From Podarcis vaucheri (Eukaryota), in NCBI GenBank assembly GCA_965113315.1, contig OZ220363.1: a stretch of 64,000 bases of DNA, one strand, 5' to 3'. Of this stretch, positions 57,050 to 64,000 are shown piece by piece (the stretch's first letter is position 1; each line of letters opens with the position of its first letter). The translations under genes and the position numbers were made by a program. The notes under the pieces were generated by a model, which was not told where the DNA came from, did not search any database, and saw nothing but the letters and a program-made list of their open reading frames with translations.

Positions 57050-60000
57050 AGACAGGCTTCCCAAGGGGGGAGGGGAGCACAGAGTAGATTATAAGGGCGA
57101 CAACAAAATAGAACGAAAGCAAATGAAGCTGAAAAATGGGATGTGAGCCGCAGATGAAGGTGATCTTGATGAAGCATCTTTTGAGAATAAGCATAAAAGC
57201 TTGCAAGTATTTATTGGGCAAACCATTCATTAAGCCTGACTACTCCCTCCTGCTCTGTGCATATTTATTTCGACCTTGTGCATCTTCCCTGAGATATCAG
57301 CGAACACCAGCATACGGGCGAGTCCCGCCTTTGCAGAGAGCTCTGAGCAAATGATGTCAGGATACATCATTCGTAGAAGCAAATTCTGCTCACAGTTGGC
57401 ACTGGAGATTCTGCATCACAAAAAACAAATCCAACAGCATAAGTTGCATTAAAAATGAATAAAAATGGTGTGTACGCAGTTTGTTCATTCGTGGAGACAG
57501 AAACAAACTTTATTGCCACTGTACTGCTGCACCATCTGGTGGCTCAGGCTAGTACAACAGTCAAGGAATGAGATGGATATTTCTTAATATGCCTGGAAGA
57601 ATTTCTGTAATTCTGGTTCTTTTGATTTGCCATTTTCCTCAATAAGCAAACAAAGAAGTGCTTTTAGATGTGCCTGAGAGTCAATCCTACAATCAGGCAA
57701 GGTGAGATGTCCCCGTTCTGTGCTTATATTGTCTCCTTCCTCTGCCCAGCCTACTTTGTAAGAATCTGAAAGGATCTGTCTTCTATGAAAGCCTTTCCAA
57801 ACCTGGCCCTCTCCACCTGATTAGGACTACACTCATCAGCTCCAGCCAGCATGACCTATTGACTGTGCAGAGTGGGGCTGATGAGAATTGCAGAAGAAAC
57901 AGGTGGAGGGCACCCAGTTAGGAAGGCTGGGGTCAGTCTCTAAGCCAGTGAGCTGTGAGCCAGCAGCATGGAGATTGAGATAAATGCAAAACAGGTGAGA
58001 GATCAGCAAAGGAAGGGGGAGGGGGAGGTAGAAACAACTGGGTATCATTAGCATAGATATTATTGGTAGTACTGAAAGACTAAGTAAGAGGAACTAATGG
58101 ATAAAGATAAATAATGAAAAGGAAAAAAGATAATCCAGTGATCTCCAGGATGATGAAATAATATGAAAAATAGTATTGGATAGATAAGCATGTCACAATC
58201 ATATGAATATCAAGTTCAAGATAATTGTAGCAAACCATTCAATTCTTGGCATGCTCATGGCATTTAGTGATCCTTTATATATATATATAAATAAGCTTGA
58301 ATTTATACACAAACAATTCTTTAGAGGCTGAGTTCGCCTCTATGGTTATACCCAAGTGAATGAATGCGCATACAGCACCTTAAAAATAAAATAAAAAGAT
58401 ACCGGTAAAAAACCACAATCACCCAAGGTTACTCTTCTCTCCAGAGCAATGCTCTGCCATTTGGTGAGTTTGTTTTTGTTTTGTTTTTTTTTAAAGTCTA
58501 CTAACTGAGCTGTCCCTGTCCATAAATTGATTAATTATTGCTATGCATCAAGTACATTAAGGGCTTCCATCAGAAAGTAAATATATGCTTCAACACTTGG
58601 ATAGGCGGAAGTAAGTATGGCTTCCCTTGGTTATGGAAGTTGTCCTCATGGGTGTAGCCAGGATTTATGTTGGGGGGCAGGGCAGGACACCCACCTGTCA
58701 TCATCCTCTGTCTGGCTCTGTCTAGCAGATTAAGGATTACCGGTAGATGTCTCAACAACAGTTATTTTAAATTAATTTCTTTTGACTCCAAATGCTCTGA
58801 AAAATATGTCAAAATTTTTCTACAATTTCTATTTTAGTTAAGTATTTTTTATTTACTTGATTTAGGGGGGCAGCTGCCCCCCCCGGCTATGTCCATGGTC
58901 ATCCTTACAGTAGACATGTGGCTGTAGACTGCATACATTGTTTTAAATGTGCATTTTATATTTGGCTTCCTTTAGTAATGTTGTCATTTGAAATGCTTAC
59001 AATAACTTTGTTGTTGTTGACTTTGCTGCTTTAAGTGTGCATTCTGTGGTTGACCTCCTTTGCAATTCTTTATTTTAAAATCTTTAAGATAATATTTTTG
59101 TTTCCTGTTAATTATGTTGCTTTGAATGTATACTTTATATTTGACTTTCTTCTGTAATGTTTTCCTCAGGATTGTTTTGTTTGATGCTTTAGCGTAGGTT
59201 GAAAACCACTTTGAGATTTTTTTCTTAAAAATATAAAGCTGTATGGAAATGAAAATAATAATAATAATAACAATAATGTATGCAACAGTCTTGGGAAGTA
59301 AAGGACTTCAAAAACCTAGCTATTTTACTTTAGCGTAAATACCGTTCAGAGGGCATTACTGTTCTGCAAACGTGCACCGTGGCTCAGAATTAGTGCAATG
59401 TTTAAACTCACAGGTGTTTGCAAAAACAGCAACAAACCTCTTTTTAAAAATGAAGTGGTGCAGCAGAAAGCAGTGTCCTAACAAGTGCAATCCTGTTTAC
59501 TCAGAAGTAAGGTTTGTTCTATTCAATGGGCTTAACTCTCAGGTAAGTATGCATAGACTTGCAGCCTAAGTTATCAATGCATCATATTTACTGGGTAAAC
59601 TCTGTTTTACATGCTCAAAAATGAGAAGGAAATTTGATGCTATTGACTCTAATCAGTAGGTGCCACAGTGCACACACTGCCTTTCGAAACTAAAACAAAC
59701 ACACTTGTGTGGAGTCAGGGAACTGTAGGAAAATATTACATTGCTCTTTGTGCACCAGGGAAATGCGACTGACTTCTTTACAGGGGAGGAAAGCCCCAAC
59801 ATTAAAGAGGCTGGGGCAGTCGGTTCAACTTGTCTTTTCAAATATAATCAGCTGTTTTTATAAGCCTTGTCTGATTTGGCTGCACTTTTCATTGTTTTAT
59901 GATACAGCTGTTCTGTGTTCTTAATTGCGGGTATATTGCAGTTATCTTGGGGAAGAAGGGATTCTCCAACCTGACGTCCTCCAGTTATTGTTTGACCACA

Positions 60001-60569
60001 GCTTCCATCTTTCTTGGCCATTAAGCCACGCTGGCAGTGATTGGTGGGAGCAGTGGCCCAATACATCTGGAGAAAACAACAGGTTGAAAGCAGGTCAAGG
60101 CTGCACATTTATGATGTAATAGGGCAGGATTATAAAGAGACACAGGGAGAGAAAAAAGTTTACTTAATCCAGTTTCGCTGTTGTGGAAATGAACCAGATT
60201 TGTCATCATATTTTTGCGTTTTTATACTGTGATTCTTGAAGGTTGGTATATAAATTTAATAAAATTATTGTTAATACTAATACCAATGCTTTTTTCGGGG
60301 GGAAATGCAGGGGTACACATACTCCTAAACATACTGTGAATCTCTGTACTTTTGTCCATTTTCTGTCTTTATTCTTCTTGATTTGAACTAAAAAATGGTG
60401 ATTTTCTAATACTATTATCTCAACACATTTACAAAGACACACACGCACACGCACACACACACACACACACCATAATGCAATTAATGGTTCTTGTTTTTGT
60501 ATCTGTTTAGAAACCAATGAAAAAATGTTTTGTTTTGAAATCCCGATGCCTTGGGCCTCTTTATTTACC

Positions 60570-61630
60570 AGTGCCCTACGCGTCCCGCTAGGGTACCACC
60601 GCTGGCATTTACGGACAGATTCCTCAGGGGGCACTGCATCCAAAGCCGCGCAGGAAGCGGCTCCGGCTCCGGGCCAGACGGCGCTCCGAGGGGGCGGGCC
60701 CGGCTGCGTGCTTGGCGCTGGAGGTGGGAGGGCTGTTTTAAAGGCAGGGGCGGGGGGCGGGTCCGATGCTTGCCGCGCTCCCTCCGCAGAGCATGGCTTG
60801 GCTGGGCTGGCTGCTGCGGATCCGAGCGCTGCTTGCAACCTTCGCCGCTTCTTCTTGCAGGGCCCTGAGCGGCGCTTTCCATCGGTGCGTGGCCAGGCAG
60901 CGCTTTCCCCGAATGCCCATGGCTCTGGCGGGTCCCCTCCTGTTCCGTATCGGGTGAGTTTGGAGACCCGGAGAGGACTCTGCGGCTGGATCCTTCTGAT
61001 CCGAGGACGAGGAGATCATTTCTCTGATCCGACGGGTGCTGCAAATGGGGAAGTCTTGCCGAGGTTACTAGGGGGAGGCCTGGTGTTTTTTTAAGGGGTC
61101 CTAACGGTTGTATTGTAGCAGAAGGAGATGTCTAGACCAAAGGTTGCATGCGGGGGGGGCATCGGGTTGGGGGGATCTGTTTGTCTGCTTAGATCTTGCT
61201 TTATAATGGAGTGGGAAGAGGATCTGTTAAGATGGGGCGGGGGGAAAGAGCGGGTATGTGCGCGCGCGCGCCGCGCGCTCCTAGATATAACGATGAATTT
61301 TGCAAGTGGAATGTCAATGTGATTTGGTGGCGATGTTAACGGGCAGCGAGAGTTATGCGGTTTTTAAGATAAGGCAGGTTGCTTTTGGTACGAAGGGAAG
61401 CCGGGCTGTACGGATCCGGAGCGGCGTCTGTCGGTTTGGGGGACTAGATAGAACAGTCGTGGACCAAAGTGCCATTAGCCCAGGTATAAGAGTGTAGTGT
61501 GTCAAGGAATTTCCTGCGCGATTCTGCGGGAGGTTAATGAAGAGAAGCTTTGAAGCACTAGAGTTAAAAGTCCCGTCGAGAGGCGGCGCGTATTTGCATT
61601 GGCTGTAGGAGAAGCGTGGATCGGTGCCTG
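60570..61630 (+). promoter_or_regulatory. CpG-island promoter with a first exon ending at 60953; gene unidentified (TMBIM1 expected by synteny)
   Basis: TTTAAA (~60736), tandem GC boxes (~60746-60760), strong donor CGG|GTGAGT at 60953/60954. Confidence 0.6.
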
Positions 61631-62283
61631 CCTCTCTGGAACCCGGTAAATTAATTGGTTTTGGAAGAGAGAGATTTCAGTTGCATGCATTTCATCAGAG
61701 GAATATCTACGGAGCCTTAATATGCATGCATGCACGTGTGCACTAAGAAATCGCCCTGCAGAAATATATACTGTATTGAAATTGGCGAGAGTGTGCGGAA
61801 GGTAGATTTGAGATCTACTGGTAGATCTCTGTGATTTGCAGTAGATTGACTATAGCAGCAACAACAAAAATGTTTTTCCCACCCAAATTGGACTGCTGAA
61901 GTGAAGAAAGCTAGCCAGGGGTGGACTTTGTGTGTGAAAGGACTGTGAACAGAGTTCACTTCTGGAACAGAAAACAAATGCTTTGGCTGAGAATGTTCTC
62001 TGAGGGGCCTTTTTAATTCTAATGGGGCAGATCCAAATGTGCACATGCAATGCACATTTAAATAGCATGACTTCCCTCAAGGAATTCTGGGAACTTTAGT
62101 TGATGGGGCAACTATAGTTTCCAATATTCTTTGGGGGAAATAATGTGCTGCAAATGTGCACTGTATGTACTTTAAACATGTACTGTAGATCTCCCTAAGG
62201 TATATCTTTTGCACCTGGGTTTAGCAGGTAAATCTTGGAGCACTATTTAAAAAGCAGAGCCTTACTTAGTGACGCCAGGGGTT

Positions 62284-62438
62284 GAACTTTGCTTCAGGAT
62301 GAGAACAGAAATCGTGCTCCGGCGGCGCGGCAGCAGCAGGAGGCCCCATTAGCTAAAGTGGTGCTTCAGGTTAAGAACAGTTTCAGGTTAAGAACGGACC
62401 TCCGGAACAAATTAAGTACTTAACTTGAGGTACCACTG
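62284..62438. mobile_element. Truncated Tigger-like MITE (another fragment at 2504-2574)
   Basis: One TIR plus body, inverted relative to the 19601 copy. Confidence 0.85.
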
Positions 62439-62454
62439 TAAACAATGATCTGAC

Positions 62455-62582
62455 TTTTAGAAGACATCTGAAGTCAGCTCTGTTTAGGGATGTTTTTAAT
62501 GGTTGATGTTTTATCACTTTGTTATTATTATGAATAATATTCTGTTGGGAGCTGCCCAGAGTGACTGGGGTATAAATAATAA

Positions 62583-62624
<42 letters not shown>

Positions 62625-62640
62625 TTATTATTATTATTAT
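62455..62640 (+). mobile_element. L2 3' end with (ATT)n tail
   Basis: agaagacatctgaag...ctgtttaggga...gctgcccagagtg is the reverse complement of the 11.9 kb L2 end. Confidence 0.75.
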
Positions 62641-62807
62641 GGATTCTTGCTAATATGAGCTGACATCCCCTCCTTTCTGCTACATTGGCAATAAACTTTT
62701 TTTTTAATGGAACAATAAGTAGTTTGGATAACTGGTTTTCAGGGATTACATCTAAGATTACTTTGGGGGTGGACAGAAGCAGTTGCATCTATGCATGTTG
62801 GGGATTG

Positions 62808-63000
62808 GGGAATAGCCGTAGCTCAGTGGTAGAGCATCTGCTTTTCATTCAGAAGCTCTTAGGTTCAATCCCTGGTAGCTCCAGGTAGGTCTGGGGTTGT
62901 CCCCCCATCTAAAACCCAGGAGAGCTGCTGGCAGTCGTCGTAAACAAAATTGAGCTAGATGGGTCAGTGGTCCAACTTGGAATGGCACCTTCCTCGATTC
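62808..63000 (+). mobile_element. tRNA-Ala-derived SINE (Squam3-like)
   Basis: GTAGCTCAGTGGTAGAGCATCTGCTT...GGTTCAATCCCTGG head followed by a non-tRNA body. Related minus-strand copies at ~10520-10680, 19320-19445, 23030-23310 and 28465-28640. Confidence 0.85.
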
Positions 63001-63340
63001 CCAAAGAATGTCTGAGTTCTGCGAAGTTCTGATCACTTACCTTTAGCTTGCTACAGAGCACTTAATGGACCGTGAAGTTTTTCTTTTGTTCTGCATCCTA
63101 GTAGATAAAAATGAACAGAGCCTTCCACTGCCACAGCTGCATTTTGCCTGCTTTTCTTGGGAATGGTCAGCTGTTTGCAACATCTGACATGTGTGTGATA
63201 TCCAGAAAGCTCCCTGCTGTTCACAAGAGAATGACAGTGGCTGTAGCTTTCTGGGCCCATACAATGCTTGACATGAATGCATATCCCACACCTTCTGGAG
63301 ATTCCCATTCATTCGCTATTGGAAATGCTCTGCCTGTGTT

Positions 63341-63371
<31 letters not shown>

Positions 63372-64000
63372 TCATTCTTTACAAATCTTTCCATGCTGCC
63401 AAATATGGAGTTATAGAATGGGCCAGAAACTGCAGTCTGTAGGAAGAGAAAGGGTGAGGAAGAGAAAGTACCCTTTCTCTTTCTCCTTAACCAGAAAGGT
63501 AGGAAGAGAGAGCCCATAGGCAGAAGGAAAGACTCTTTAGGTTGCTTGAGGAAAAGAACCATGTGCTTTTAGAAACAGAAAGAAGAAAAGGCTTGCAACA
63601 TCCACCATGTGGGAGATGACTGTAACACAGGAAAAAGAGGCTTTCCCTTTTCCTATATCTAATAGGAGGTCTTCCAAGTCCTACACTGCTTAGATATGCT
63701 GGTTGAGTCCCCATCTCTTCACAATTTTTAAATGTACACCAGGGGTGGAGAACCTGGTTCCTTCTGATTGTTGTTGGACTCCCAGCTCCCAGCATGGTGA
63801 TGGTCAAGGGATGACAGATGTTGTTGTCCAGCAATATGTGGAGGCCACAGGTTCTTCAGCCCTGATGTACTCGGTGCTAAAAGGTTCTTGCACTGTGAGC
63901 AGTGGCGTAGCAAGGTCAGGTGGTACCCAGTGCAGAAAATTTCTTGTCACCCCCCCCCCTTGAAATTATTAAAAGAAGGAAAAATAAGATACTTGAGGAT

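Noticed and set aside
58445-58463. Plus-strand 19-nt micro-exon with good AG/GT sites
   Set aside because: No plus-strand host gene or partner exons identifiable; could be chance.
60206-61094. 159-210 aa ORFs
   Set aside because: GC-rich promoter artefacts, low complexity, open in several frames.
62808-62882. tRNA-Ala gene
   Set aside because: Broken acceptor and anticodon stems, and it continues into a SINE body seen in several other copies.

Overview
Vertebrate genomic DNA from a squamate, most likely a lacertid lizard, judged by Sauria/Squam1-, Squam2- and Squam3-type SINEs. The window matches the block syntenic with human 2q35, read on the minus strand. It contains CATIP (9 coding exons traced, ~52.5-43.8 kb) and SLC11A1/NRAMP1 (15 coding exons traced with phase-consistent GT-AG junctions, 33.5-10.9 kb). 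CpG islands at 0-4.5 kb probably form the CTDSP1 promoter/5'UTR, and a CpG-island promoter with a first exon of an unidentified plus-strand gene (TMBIM1 by synteny only) lies at ~60.7 kb. The rest is introns and intergenic DNA dense in SINEs, L2/CR1/RTE fragments, Tc1-mariner and hAT MITEs, solo LTRs and microsatellites. Best leads: (1) three dispersed solo-LTR-like elements carry the C-terminal part of a protein in U3 (acidic, then Arg-rich), and two of them show a clear synonymous-substitution signature; (2) an in-frame TGA in the last SLC11A1 exon, 7 codons before the apparent ancestral stop; (3) up to three phase-compatible SLC11A1 first coding exons; (4) no recognisable PNKD hydrolase exons upstream of CATIP, with a possible decayed terminal exon. 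Gene and repeat names come from recalled family knowledge; no database search was run.
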